A stretch of DNA of 64,000 nucleotides from a virus. Taxonomy: Duplodnaviria > Caudoviricetes. Numbering within the stretch: the stretch's first letter is position 1; the number at the start of each line of letters is the position of its first letter. A program made the position numbers and the translations under genes. The stretch lies in IMG/VR virus record IMGVR_UViG_3300050034_000334; one strand, 5' to 3'. Of this stretch, positions 30,175 to 38,938 are shown piece after piece. The notes beneath the pieces are model-generated. The model had not been told where the DNA came from. It worked only from the letters and a program-made list of their open reading frames with translations, and searched no databases.

Positions 30175-32830
30175 GATTTTCTTCATCTTTGCGTGCTTCC
30201 TGGCTTTGCTTGGGGTCAATGCCTCGGCGCAGACTGTCAATCCAAAGACAGATATTCGTTGGCCAGCATCATGCACTGGTACTGCGATCTACTACAACAT
30301 CGTCACAGGACTTTGCACAATTCCTCCTTCTGGTATCACCTCTATCTCAATTGCCACATCCAATGGCTTTCAGGGTTCATCGAGCGGTGGACTGAATCCA
30401 ACTCTGACCCTGAGTGTTGATTCAACTCACGTGTTGCCAGTGAATACAGGTCTAGCAACGACCTATCTTAATGGGGCAGGCACTTACACAACGCCACCAG
30501 GAGGTGGAGGCACAGTAAATTCGATCTCAGTCGCCACATCCAACGGTTTTCAGGGATCGTCAAGTGGAGGACCAACTCCAATACTGACCTTGAGTTTGGA
30601 TTCTACCCACGTCCTACCAGTGAATACAAACCTGGCAACGACCTTCCTCAATGGTGCAGGTTTCTATACAACACCTCCAGGCACTCCGTTACCTGCTACC
30701 GTGATGCAGACGAATCAGAATGAAACCTTCGGCACCTATCAATTCAATCTCGCCAATTCAACCTTGTTGACCCTACCACCAACTGTTACAGTGGCCGGCA
30801 AGGTCATCAATCAGCCAACCAGTTCAGGAACTTATGCACTGACAAGTCAACTGACAACACCACCGATCGTGATCAATGGTATTGATGACTCTCTTTCAGG
30901 ATGGAAGGGAGTTTGCGCTTACACAGCGACTGCCATCGGTACTTGGACCGGAATCACGAACACGATCACTGTCAGCAGCGTGGCTGGAACCATCGTAGGA
31001 GGTGGGTCTCAGGCGGTATGGGATGGCGGACACAGTGCTGTCAGTGCTGCAGTAGTCAGCATCGTCGGTAGCACTGTTGTTCTGACCACCAACACCCTCT
31101 CTTCGCAGCCTGGAGGAATTCAGTTGTATTTTGGCTGCAATCCTGGTGGTGACAATGTTCCAGGAGCTACTGCTCAGACTGTTGGTAACCCGACACCGTC
31201 TATAGATGGTGCCTCCATGCTGGTCTCGTTGACCACACTTCCTGTATCCACCCAGACCAACGCTCTGTGGGTATACGAAGCTGGAGCTTGCGACTCTTGC
31301 ACCAATGTAACCTCAGATTTTGAGATCTACATCAACAATGGAGCGGCTGCTGACAACATGGAGTTTGATTCGTTCATCTTTGACCATACGGATCTGCTTG
31401 ACTTCATGTGGGGCACACAGTGTAACCAGACGCTCGGAGTTTGGCAATATGCCAACAACAGCAGTCCCTGGCAGTCCACGACCGCTGCTTGCAACCTGAC
31501 CTCTGGAACATGGCATCACATTATTGAAACCTTCCACCGCGTTCCAGGAGACACAAGTTGCGGAGGAATGCCCTGCGAGTATTGGGATGACATTACGGTT
31601 GATGGAGTTGTGAACCACATCAATGCAACCTACACAGCAACAAATCTTTACACCAACTGGGCATCAGGATCTGGATTGCAGTTCCAGATCGATATCCCAG
31701 CATCAACAGGAACTGCAATCACTGTTTCTGAGAATCTTGATCAAATCCTCTTTCAGGAATCTCCCACTGCAGGCTACTGTCAGATCGCTGGCTGCACGAT
31801 GTCTGGACCGTTCCTTGTTCCGACCATCAATGGCCTGAGCGTGACCAACATTGGTATCGGAGCCGGATCTGTGAACCTTGGTGGTTCTCTGACCGCCTTC
31901 TCATCTGGCACTGGCAACTTGGCAGTCGGACCTGGAGTTCTCAATTCAAACACCACCGGCAGCAACAACGTGGGTGTTGGCCAGGGTGCTCTGTATGTCA
32001 ACACGTCTGGAACAAACAACGTGGCAGTTGGTCTTAACTCCTTGAATTCCAACACCACTGGTGGCGGAAACACTGCTGTGGGACAGGGAGTCCTGGTTGC
32101 TAACACCACTGGAGGAGCCAACACTGGCATCGGCAAGAATTCTCTCACCCAGAACACCCTGGGCGGTGGCAATACTGCTATCGGTTACCAGGCTGGATTT
32201 AACCTGTCTACACCGTTGACGAACAACAACGCCTCAACTTTCATTGGTGAAAATGCCAACACCAGCGTCGATGCTCTGTCAAATGTCACCGTCATTGGTT
32301 ACAACGCACAGGCCACCACAAGCAACACAATCATGATCGGCAACTCTGCTGTGACCGCGATGTGCTGGGCAGGTGGTCGTGCTTGCTGGTATAGCTCTTC
32401 GGGACTTCCATCCTCTGCTCTCTGCACGGTTAGCAACATCGGATCAATCTACTCCAACACAGACGGTAGCAGCCCGACCACGACGTTGTACATGTGTACT
32501 TCGGCTGGTACCTGGACCGCCAGCGCCACTGGAGGCGGCACTACAAGCACCATCTGCAGCGGGTCATTCGCTCTGAGCACAGCCCTTATCGCGGCGGGTG
32601 GTGACTATCTCAACACTCAAGCCTGCACAGGATTGCTGTCCACAGATACCATCACTCTTGATTTCAACCTTGATCCAACCTCGACTGTGGGATTCATTCC
32701 TGGTTCTGGAGCGATTCTTTCTCTCTACAAATTCCCCACAGCCGGAACCATTAACGTGTATCAGGTGAACAACACGGCATCGAGTATCACGCCAGGAGCG
32801 GTGACGGTCAATTACCGTGTCTATCGCTAG
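30155..32830 (+). CDS. Signal-peptide adhesin/fibre-like protein (tandem repeat, ConA-like domain, YadA-head-like repeats)
   Basis: MKSTTPRIFFIFACFLALLGVNASA-Q; NTAVG..L..NTTG repeats at ~31900-32350. Confidence 0.7.
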   Translation: MKSTTPRIFFIFACFLALLGVNASAQTVNPKTDIRWPASCTGTAIYYNIVTGLCTIPPSGITSISIATSNGFQGSSSGGLNPTLTLSVDSTHVLPVNTGLATTYLNGAGTYTTPPGGGGTVNSISVATSNGFQGSSSGGPTPILTLSLDSTHVLPVNTNLATTFLNGAGFYTTPPGTPLPATVMQTNQNETFGTYQFNLANSTLLTLPPTVTVAGKVINQPTSSGTYALTSQLTTPPIVINGIDDSLSGWKGVCAYTATAIGTWTGITNTITVSSVAGTIVGGGSQAVWDGGHSAVSAAVVSIVGSTVVLTTNTLSSQPGGIQLYFGCNPGGDNVPGATAQTVGNPTPSIDGASMLVSLTTLPVSTQTNALWVYEAGACDSCTNVTSDFEIYINNGAAADNMEFDSFIFDHTDLLDFMWGTQCNQTLGVWQYANNSSPWQSTTAACNLTSGTWHHIIETFHRVPGDTSCGGMPCEYWDDITVDGVVNHINATYTATNLYTNWASGSGLQFQIDIPASTGTAITVSENLDQILFQESPTAGYCQIAGCTMSGPFLVPTINGLSVTNIGIGAGSVNLGGSLTAFSSGTGNLAVGPGVLNSNTTGSNNVGVGQGALYVNTSGTNNVAVGLNSLNSNTTGGGNTAVGQGVLVANTTGGANTGIGKNSLTQNTLGGGNTAIGYQAGFNLSTPLTNNNASTFIGENANTSVDALSNVTVIGYNAQATTSNTIMIGNSAVTAMCWAGGRACWYSSSGLPSSALCTVSNIGSIYSNTDGSSPTTTLYMCTSAGTWTASATGGGTTSTICSGSFALSTALIAAGGDYLNTQACTGLLSTDTITLDFNLDPTSTVGFIPGSGAILSLYKFPTAGTINVYQVNNTASSITPGAVTVNYRVYR
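30341..30682 (+). repeat. Two ~54 aa coding repeats, 180 nt apart
   Basis: SISIATSNGFQGSSSGG...DSTHVLPVNT.LATT.LNGAG.YTTPPG x2. Confidence 0.9.
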
Positions 32831-32843
32831 GGAGATTGCTGAA

Positions 32844-34895
32844 ATGAAACAGTACCTCACACTTGCAGTTCTAGCTTTCTCTCTTCCGATGTGGGCTCAG
32901 AGCACGGTTGCAACCGGAGACTCTAGAACAGTCACTGAGCCCATCTTTCCGTCAATCTGTGCAAGAGTGAATGCAACAAAGTACATCAAGCAGACGACTG
33001 CTGTGAACATTGATCCCTGGAATTCAACATGTGGATCTACTGGAGGAACCTTTGGGATTCTCTGGTGCACTGGAGGCACGGATTATCAGCCCTCGTCTTC
33101 GTCGAGCAGCTATGTCTCGGCGGAAACTCTGGACAACACGGCTGTACAGAATGCACTGAACTCTTGTCCCAGTGGTCAGGGAGTTGAATTGATCCCGGGC
33201 ACAAGTGGTCAAAATGCTTTCGTCCTCGCGCCGTTCAGCATCGTAAACAGTTCTGGAGCAGGAGTAAATCTCATTGTTGATGCAGGCATTCACGTGTTTG
33301 CCTCGCGCAATCTGTCTGACTACGGTGGCACCAACTGTGGACTGACAACTAACTCTACCAGTGATTGCAATCACTGGATCACTTCGCCCAGCACGACTGG
33401 CGCTGGCATCTATGGCTATGGAGTGCTTGATGGACGTGGATGGTCTGCTTACATCGGGCAAACAACTCATGGATTCTATGCCAATCGCATTCTAGCCTAC
33501 TGTGATGCTCATGGTGGAGCCATAGCTGGATCTCCCGGTTGCCCGAACACAACTTCTGGTGTGAACTCTTACGGGCCAAACGGGATCAATCTGATTGGCA
33601 CAACCAATTTCACCATGTACAAGATCTCATTGTGGAACAGTGGAAACTTCCTTATTAACTGGCAGAGTGGCAATGGGTTCACTGCCTGGGATGTGAAGCT
33701 GATCGCTCCGTTCGAAGTTTCGAATACGGATGGTTGGGATCCTCTCAACTCGACTAATGGTACGTTCACTCACAGCTTCATAAGTGTTGGTGATAACCAT
33801 ATGGCTGTGAAAGCAACATCAGGAGCTTCCTCCAACATCACGTTCTCAAATTCGCAAACCGGCGCTGGAATTGGAGTGGCAATTGGCACGAATGCTACAA
33901 ACGGGATATCCAACGTCCTGGTAGATACTTTGGTGCAAAATGGAAATCTCTACAGCACTCAGAGCGCAGGAATAATGATTGGATCGAGCACCGCAGACGG
34001 TGGCCTTGTCAACAAAGTGACCTATCGGAACGTCTGCATGGTGAACGAGTACAACTCGATTCGTTTATACACCAACTATGGCGGTAACACTGGGTCAAAT
34101 ATTCCTGTCTATCAAAACATCCTGCTGCGTAACATCACTGTGTTGCCCAGTACTGCTCCCTACACCACAGGCAACTCAGGCAGATATACCTTCCAGGGAT
34201 TAAGTGGACATCCAATAATTGCCCAAATCGACAACTTGCACATCCTGGGTACAAATCAAGGTGTCGCTGCTCAGTCAGGAGTAACGACTGATCAGTACTC
34301 GGCCATATACCTTGGTCCTGGGACGGTCGATTCCACGCTTCTAACCCAGTTTTCTGGTGGTACAGGAGTCACTACCTCTGGATCCACCACTTCCACTACG
34401 CAGTACGCTTGCACCAGCACAACCTGGCAGCCACTGATTGGCGAATTGAACATCAAGACTTCGGTTTCCAACAACAATCAAACAGCGACTGTGATAGCCT
34501 TGGCTCCGTTCACCCTACAGGCCGTCCTACAGCCATCGACAGCAATCAGCACAAAGGAATCTCCGGCTCTCACAGCCTCAGTGAATTTCTATGACAATTG
34601 TTTCACAACTCCGACAAGTTGTTCACCAATCGGAACTGTTGCGCTTTCAGGAGATGGGACATATGCTGCCTATACTCTATCCAGCGGAACTTCACTGGGA
34701 ACTCACAACTACATAGCTTATTATCCAGGAGATTCGAATTATCCAGCATACACATTTGGATCAGTCACGGTCACTGCAGTAACAGCGCCACCTGCTGCAA
34801 AGTCGTATGCACCCATTGTGATTGGTGAATTGGTGACCCCGGCAGGTTTCGAACCTGCGACCCTCTGCTTAGAAGGCAGATGCTCTATCCACTGA
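32844..34895 (+). CDS. Secreted GH28 polygalacturonase-like (PehA-like) beta-helix protein with C-terminal Ig-like domain
   Basis: Signal peptide, GDSRTVTEP, DGRG, NTDGWDP, VGDNHMAVK; last 21 codons antisense to tRNA-Arg. Confidence 0.8.
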   Translation: MKQYLTLAVLAFSLPMWAQSTVATGDSRTVTEPIFPSICARVNATKYIKQTTAVNIDPWNSTCGSTGGTFGILWCTGGTDYQPSSSSSSYVSAETLDNTAVQNALNSCPSGQGVELIPGTSGQNAFVLAPFSIVNSSGAGVNLIVDAGIHVFASRNLSDYGGTNCGLTTNSTSDCNHWITSPSTTGAGIYGYGVLDGRGWSAYIGQTTHGFYANRILAYCDAHGGAIAGSPGCPNTTSGVNSYGPNGINLIGTTNFTMYKISLWNSGNFLINWQSGNGFTAWDVKLIAPFEVSNTDGWDPLNSTNGTFTHSFISVGDNHMAVKATSGASSNITFSNSQTGAGIGVAIGTNATNGISNVLVDTLVQNGNLYSTQSAGIMIGSSTADGGLVNKVTYRNVCMVNEYNSIRLYTNYGGNTGSNIPVYQNILLRNITVLPSTAPYTTGNSGRYTFQGLSGHPIIAQIDNLHILGTNQGVAAQSGVTTDQYSAIYLGPGTVDSTLLTQFSGGTGVTTSGSTTSTTQYACTSTTWQPLIGELNIKTSVSNNNQTATVIALAPFTLQAVLQPSTAISTKESPALTASVNFYDNCFTTPTSCSPIGTVALSGDGTYAAYTLSSGTSLGTHNYIAYYPGDSNYPAYTFGSVTVTAVTAPPAAKSYAPIVIGELVTPAGFEPATLCLEGRCSIH

Positions 34896-34906
34896 GCTAC
34901 GAGGCC
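34831..34906 (-). tRNA. tRNA-Arg (TCT)
   Basis: Cloverleaf, loop CTTCTAA, CCA. Confidence 0.95.
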
Positions 34907-35136
34907 ACGACTTCTTCAGGTAATGGATCGCGGCAATACTGCCTTAGATTCCGATCACAAGACCCGATGCTCTTGTAATTTATCCTACCCTCTCGCAGTG
35001 TCATGTGATTGCAATCACTGGGAGTGTCCTCATTCTCGAGACATTCATCTTCCCAGTAGCACACTGGACAGATTTCATACACATGACGCACGTCTTCGAG
35101 AGTGTGATTACCGCAACAAGGACAAGGAAATAGCAT
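34897..35136 (-). CDS. Cys-rich CPCC domain protein
   Basis: FPCPCCG...EICPVCYWED. Confidence 0.85.
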   Translation of the reverse strand: MLFPCPCCGNHTLEDVRHVYEICPVCYWEDECLENEDTPSDCNHMTLREGRINYKSIGSCDRNLRQYCRDPLPEEVVAS

Positions 35137-35149
35137 GTCTCACCAAACT

Positions 35150-35226
35150 TGGTGACCGTGGAGGGGATTGAACCCCCGACCTGCGGTTTAGGAAACCACC
35201 GCTCTATCCAACTGAGCTACACGGTC
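35150..35226 (-). tRNA. tRNA-Arg (CCT)
   Basis: Cloverleaf, loop TTCCTAA, CCA. Confidence 0.95.
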
Positions 35227-35387
35227 ATGCCTAACTTCTCTTTCAGGTACTCTCTCATCTGATACACTTCGTTCGGCTTGCACCAGATGTACACCGGACC
35301 CGTTGGTGCGGGTATAAGGCTCTCAGCAAATGCTCTTTGGAGCATCTCCAACGTGATATCTCCCGCATTGGATTGTTTCAGTTCCAT
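35217..35387 (-). CDS. Small hypothetical protein between tRNAs
   Basis: MELKQSNAGDITLEML... Confidence 0.4.
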   Translation of the reverse strand: MELKQSNAGDITLEMLQRAFAESLIPAPTGPVYIWCKPNEVYQMREYLKEKLGMTV

Positions 35388-35395
35388 GGATGTTA

Positions 35396-35471
35396 TGGTG
35401 CGCCCGAAGGGACTCGAACCCCCAACCAACTGGTTAAAAGCCAGATGCTCTGACCATTGAGCTACGAGCGC
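35396..35471 (-). tRNA. tRNA-Lys (TTT)
   Basis: Cloverleaf, loop CTTTTAA, CCA. Confidence 0.95.
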
Positions 35472-35526
35472 ACAGTGCGTTTGCCAGGCTCGTCTGAAGG
35501 TTTTCGCATTGTGACACTCCTCTCTC

Positions 35527-35674
35527 AAAACTGATCTTAGAACCGGATCAGGGATTCCGGCAGGTTGTTAGCTGATCCGGTTCCTCGATTGATCAGGAGC
35601 GTTGAACTAGGTTTACCGAACTAGACGATCCGGATTACATGAGCACGGAGTGCTCGATGCGCGAATAGCCTCAT
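35527..35674 (-). promoter_or_regulatory. Candidate third leader/attenuator-like structured region
   Basis: 17 aa ORF 35674-35621; 12 bp stem 35540-35551/35572-35583. Confidence 0.35.
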
Positions 35675-35783
35675 CCTCTGTCTGAACCTCTACCTGAACA
35701 ACTCTCCTGAACCTCTAAACTTGGGGCCGAATCGCCTCGTGCACAGACGATATCTACCTCCGACTCGGCCAACATCGGTCATC

Positions 35784-36314
35784 TCAATAGAACAGGTACT
35801 TCTTCCACTTTTCCATGCCGGCACCCATAGAACGAATCAGGTTCCGGTTGGTGTGAATGGTCAATGGACGAGGGTAGCGAATCAGTTTCATGTCCTTGAT
35901 ATCGCTCAGATCCCTGTCGCCCTTCTTCTGGTTGCAAGCCTGACAAGCCGTGACCAGGTTCTCCCAGCAGTTCCTTCCACCCTTGGACTTCGGTACAACG
36001 TGGTCCCAGGTGAGATTCTTTGCTGAGAACTGAACACCGCAGTACTGGCAGGTGTAACCGTCGCGAAGGTAGATGTTCCGTCTGCTCAACTCCTGCTGAC
36101 GGTGTGGCACCTTCCGGTACTTCACCAGCCTGACTACGCAAGGAAGAAAGAATCCTGGACGAACCAAGAGGTCATACTCTTCCTCAGACTTGGCAACTCC
36201 CTTGATTACCATGCACAGTGCCCGCTGAGCACTCGCATAGCGCAGCGGCTCGTAACTGGCATTCAGTACGAGAACCGGAGTCGACTTGATGAGAGTGTTG
36301 GTTGCGGACAACAT
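35784..36314 (-). CDS. HNH endonuclease (McrA-like)
   Basis: VLVLNASYEP, NIYLRDGYTCQYCG, DHVVPKSKGG..WENLVTACQACNQKK. Confidence 0.92.
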   Translation of the reverse strand: MLSATNTLIKSTPVLVLNASYEPLRYASAQRALCMVIKGVAKSEEEYDLLVRPGFFLPCVVRLVKYRKVPHRQQELSRRNIYLRDGYTCQYCGVQFSAKNLTWDHVVPKSKGGRNCWENLVTACQACNQKKGDRDLSDIKDMKLIRYPRPLTIHTNRNLIRSMGAGMEKWKKYLFY

Positions 36315-36374
36315 GGTGGTTTCCTTTCTTGAAAAATGGTGGAGGATCGGTCCGGAATGACTTCACCCCCAAGT

Positions 36375-37001
36375 TCAGGCTGCCGACTTGATAGAGTCTA
36401 AAATTCTCACACATCTGGTCAAGTACCTGCTTCCTGAAGAATCACTCAATCCGACTTTTCTTAATGCTTGAGAAACAGTTTCAGACGTTCTTAGAGCTTC
36501 AAGCAACTGTTCATCTGAAATTCTTCCTTCGCTACTTCTACCCACTTTGTTTCCGCAATAGGTGGGCAACTGACTGTCACAATTGGGACAAATACCTCTG
36601 AAGTTACTGCGAGAATTGTTGGATCGCACACCATCTATGTGATCTAGCCGAAGAGATATGGGTTTTCCATTCCACTCGTCAATCCCACAGATTAAGCACT
36701 TTCCTCCTTGTTCCCTTACAACCCTTTCCTTCTTACTGCCATACCCTAGATCTTCAAAGGGAGTAGCAGCTGATCTGGCGAGTATCTTGGCAGCCCGTTT
36801 CTTTATCGCCTCTGCTGACTGAGAATTTTCTCGAAAGGTGACGTACTTTTCATGATGTTCGGAGTACGCCTTCCTGCTCTTCTCACTCCTGCTCCGATTT
36901 ACCTCCGGAGTCCAGGTCCTTGAATGACTACATTTGGAAGAGCAGAAATTTCCTTCTCCGTATGAGCCATCATGTTCCTTACCACACTTCTTGCAGATCA
37001 T
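36375..37001 (-). CDS. HNH homing endonuclease
   Basis: CKKCGKEHDG...CSSKC; LDHIDGVRSNN.RSNFRGICPNCD. Confidence 0.88.
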   Translation of the reverse strand: MICKKCGKEHDGSYGEGNFCSSKCSHSRTWTPEVNRSRSEKSRKAYSEHHEKYVTFRENSQSAEAIKKRAAKILARSAATPFEDLGYGSKKERVVREQGGKCLICGIDEWNGKPISLRLDHIDGVRSNNSRSNFRGICPNCDSQLPTYCGNKVGRSSEGRISDEQLLEALRTSETVSQALRKVGLSDSSGSRYLTRCVRILDSIKSAA

Positions 37002-37006
37002 TCTAA

Positions 37007-37031
37007 GGGACTCCTTATACTAAAGAATCCC
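37007..37031 (-). promoter_or_regulatory. Hairpin occluding RBS with AGTAT in the loop
   Basis: GGGATTCTTT-AGTAT-AAGGAGTCCC. Confidence 0.65.
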
Positions 37032-37042
37032 CTAGTTCAAAT

Positions 37043-37120
37043 TGGTCGCAGTGAAGGGATTTGAACCCCCGACATCTTTCTTATGAGGAAAGCGTTCTCA
37101 CCAGGCTGAACTACACTGCG
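37043..37120 (-). tRNA. tRNA-Met/Ile2 (CAT)
   Basis: Cloverleaf, loop CTCATAA, CCA; C1-G72 paired. Confidence 0.92.
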
Positions 37121-37155
37121 ATTTATTCTTCGAACTACACTGCGATTTATTCTTC
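37108..37155. repeat. Perfect 24 bp tandem duplication spanning the tRNA 5' end
   Basis: GAACTACACTGCGATTTATTCTTC x2. Confidence 0.95.
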
Positions 37156-37156
37156 G

Positions 37157-37321
37157 TCATTTCCGTTCATCAAGTTTCTCCTGGTGGCATTCCAAACACT
37201 TCTGCTTGAGAGGCCACTCGTTGTTACACGTCGTGACCTCTGTTGAGTTGCATGAAGGACAGTGAATCGAGGCCTTATCCAGCCATGCGAGCAGTTCCTG
37301 AAACTTCCTGTCGTCCTGCAT
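37157..37321 (-). CDS. Small zinc-ribbon protein
   Basis: CPSC...CLEC. Confidence 0.5.
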   Translation of the reverse strand: MQDDRKFQELLAWLDKASIHCPSCNSTEVTTCNNEWPLKQKCLECHQEKLDERK

Positions 37322-37487
37322 ATTCGGCCTTGATGTACTCAACTTCCTTGCTGTTGCAACTCTCGAGCTTCCGCCCGACCTTCCAATCCTTCTTGCGCTG
37401 CTCGATGACAAACTGAGTCCAAGTGTAAGAAGACGAGTAACTCGACTTCTCCTCGTAGCAGCGGAACCAAAGACCGTTGAAGTTCAA
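37275..37487 (-). CDS. Hypothetical protein
   Basis: ORF. Confidence 0.45.
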   Translation of the reverse strand: MNFNGLWFRCYEEKSSYSSSYTWTQFVIEQRKKDWKVGRKLESCNSKEVEYIKAEYAGRQEVSGTARMAG

Positions 37488-37490
37488 ATA

Positions 37491-37766
37491 CTATCCGTCA
37501 TACCACGAACGAGGGACCTCCCCACCTGGGAGACTTACCTGCAGTTCTTGACAGATGAACCTTGCAACATCTTCCGGATGGACTTCTCCGTCGCTCGTCT
37601 TCTTCCAGCGACCCCGGTCGATGTTGTCTTGTGACAAACCCATCAACTCACTCAAATCCTTGTGATGCATCCGACCATCCGGAAATCTCACGAACAAGTC
37701 GGCCTTGCCAATCTTGAAGAGGAACGTCACTCCTCGAACTACGATCCTACGCATGCGGGACTTCAT
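37491..37766 (-). CDS. Hypothetical protein
   Basis: ORF. Confidence 0.55.
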   Translation of the reverse strand: MKSRMRRIVVRGVTFLFKIGKADLFVRFPDGRMHHKDLSELMGLSQDNIDRGRWKKTSDGEVHPEDVARFICQELQVSLPGGEVPRSWYDG

Positions 37767-37920
37767 GAGGACCTTTCAGTGTCTTTTCCATCCTGGAGAA
37801 GCACCCTTCGAGTTGAATCAACGCCACGACACCAACTACAGCCAGACTGACAAACATCCCCACTAAACATCCGAACAGAAAGGCAAGATGCACCAGAGCG
37901 GAAATCTCATCAGGGTTCAT
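37747..37920 (-). CDS. 57 aa membrane protein (below ORF-track cutoff)
   Basis: MNPDEISALVHLAFLFGCLVGMFVSLAVVGVVALIQL. Confidence 0.5.
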   Translation of the reverse strand: MNPDEISALVHLAFLFGCLVGMFVSLAVVGVVALIQLEGCFSRMEKTLKGPHEVPHA

Positions 37921-38137
37921 GCCATTCTGATACTGCGTTTCGCTTCTCCAGCGAACTTTTACCTGCTGCGAGAGAGAGACGGACGGTTGTCGATACGTTT
38001 CAACCCACGCTCAAAAGAGCGACATTTGATCGAGGCCAGGTGCCGGTTGACAATCCACCACGTGCCTCTTCCCAGGATAGACGCGCCTCTCCGATCAGGA
38101 CTGTTCCGACCACCGGAGACTACCCTAGACTAAACTT

Positions 38138-38545
38138 TCACCACTCGAAGTCCTTTGCAAGATGAACATTCTTCACCTGCATATTCTTCGTCGGAGTAAA
38201 TCTAAGTGTCACAGTTCCGCCTCCTTGAAATTGTTGGATCGGTAACCAGTAGCACTTTTCTGTAGCGGGCAAGTAAGCAACTACCACATCAATCTCTTCA
38301 GACGTGTACTTCTTCTTGTATCCGCTATTTCGGCATTCAGCCGATAGACCCACTTCAACAGAATCCTTCGTCAAGCTACAGCTGCAATACTTCACTTGAA
38401 CCCTGAGAAGTTCCTTTCCGTTGTCGACCACCAAGTCGTACCTGGCGTCTACAGAAGGAACGCTCACAATCCATCCCAACTCGGTGGCTCGGAGCATGAC
38501 TTTCAGCTTTCCGATCTCACCCTTTTGATGAGTGCTTGCTAGCAT
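38138..38545 (-). CDS. PD-(D/E)XK endonuclease of the group I intron-associated (I-Ssp6803I-like) family
   Basis: KGEIG, RYDLVVD, RVQVKY, YTSEEIDVVVAY. Confidence 0.85.
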   Translation of the reverse strand: MLASTHQKGEIGKLKVMLRATELGWIVSVPSVDARYDLVVDNGKELLRVQVKYCSCSLTKDSVEVGLSAECRNSGYKKKYTSEEIDVVVAYLPATEKCYWLPIQQFQGGGTVTLRFTPTKNMQVKNVHLAKDFEW

Positions 38546-38567
38546 ATCTCATCAATACTCAAAACTT

Positions 38568-38643
38568 TGGTGCGAGCGGAGGGGATCGAACCCCCGACGT
38601 CCCGGTTAAGAGCCGGTTACTCTACCAACTGAGTTACGCTCGC
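38568..38643 (-). tRNA. tRNA-Lys (CTT)
   Basis: Cloverleaf, loop CTCTTAA, CCA. Confidence 0.95.
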
Positions 38644-38747
38644 ACATCTACAAAAAGGCTCTCCGGGGAGGTGGGCCATCCCTCCATACACTCCTCGCGA
38701 AAGAGAGTGTGTCTTGCCACTATGAAACGACCGGAAACTTACAAATT

Positions 38748-38913
38748 CAACGCCGGTGCTCTATCCAGGCTGAGCTACCACCAAGCGAATGGACCGTTCC
38801 GCCGACCTTGATTCCCCTCTAGAAAAGGAATCCTGGGACTCTTAGGGCATGGTCACTTGCTCTGTCTAAACGGGTGGGTTGGATTCGGACCAACGACCAC
38901 CGGCTGCTTGTTG
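38748..38913 (-). ncRNA. Circularly permuted tRNA-like RNA (class I core, no anticodon loop, no CCA)
   Basis: 3' half (38904-38871) precedes 5' half (38784-38752); stems complementary. Confidence 0.75.
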
Positions 38914-38938
38914 GGCGGAATGATCACACCCGAATCTT

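Noticed and set aside
36337-36370. Complete tmRNA
   Set aside because: Only termini-like sequence; no T-arm, pseudoknots or tag reading frame.
38138-38643. Group I intron in a tRNA hosting the PD-(D/E)XK endonuclease
   Set aside because: Flanking tRNAs are uninterrupted and no P7 core was recognised; the gene is free-standing.
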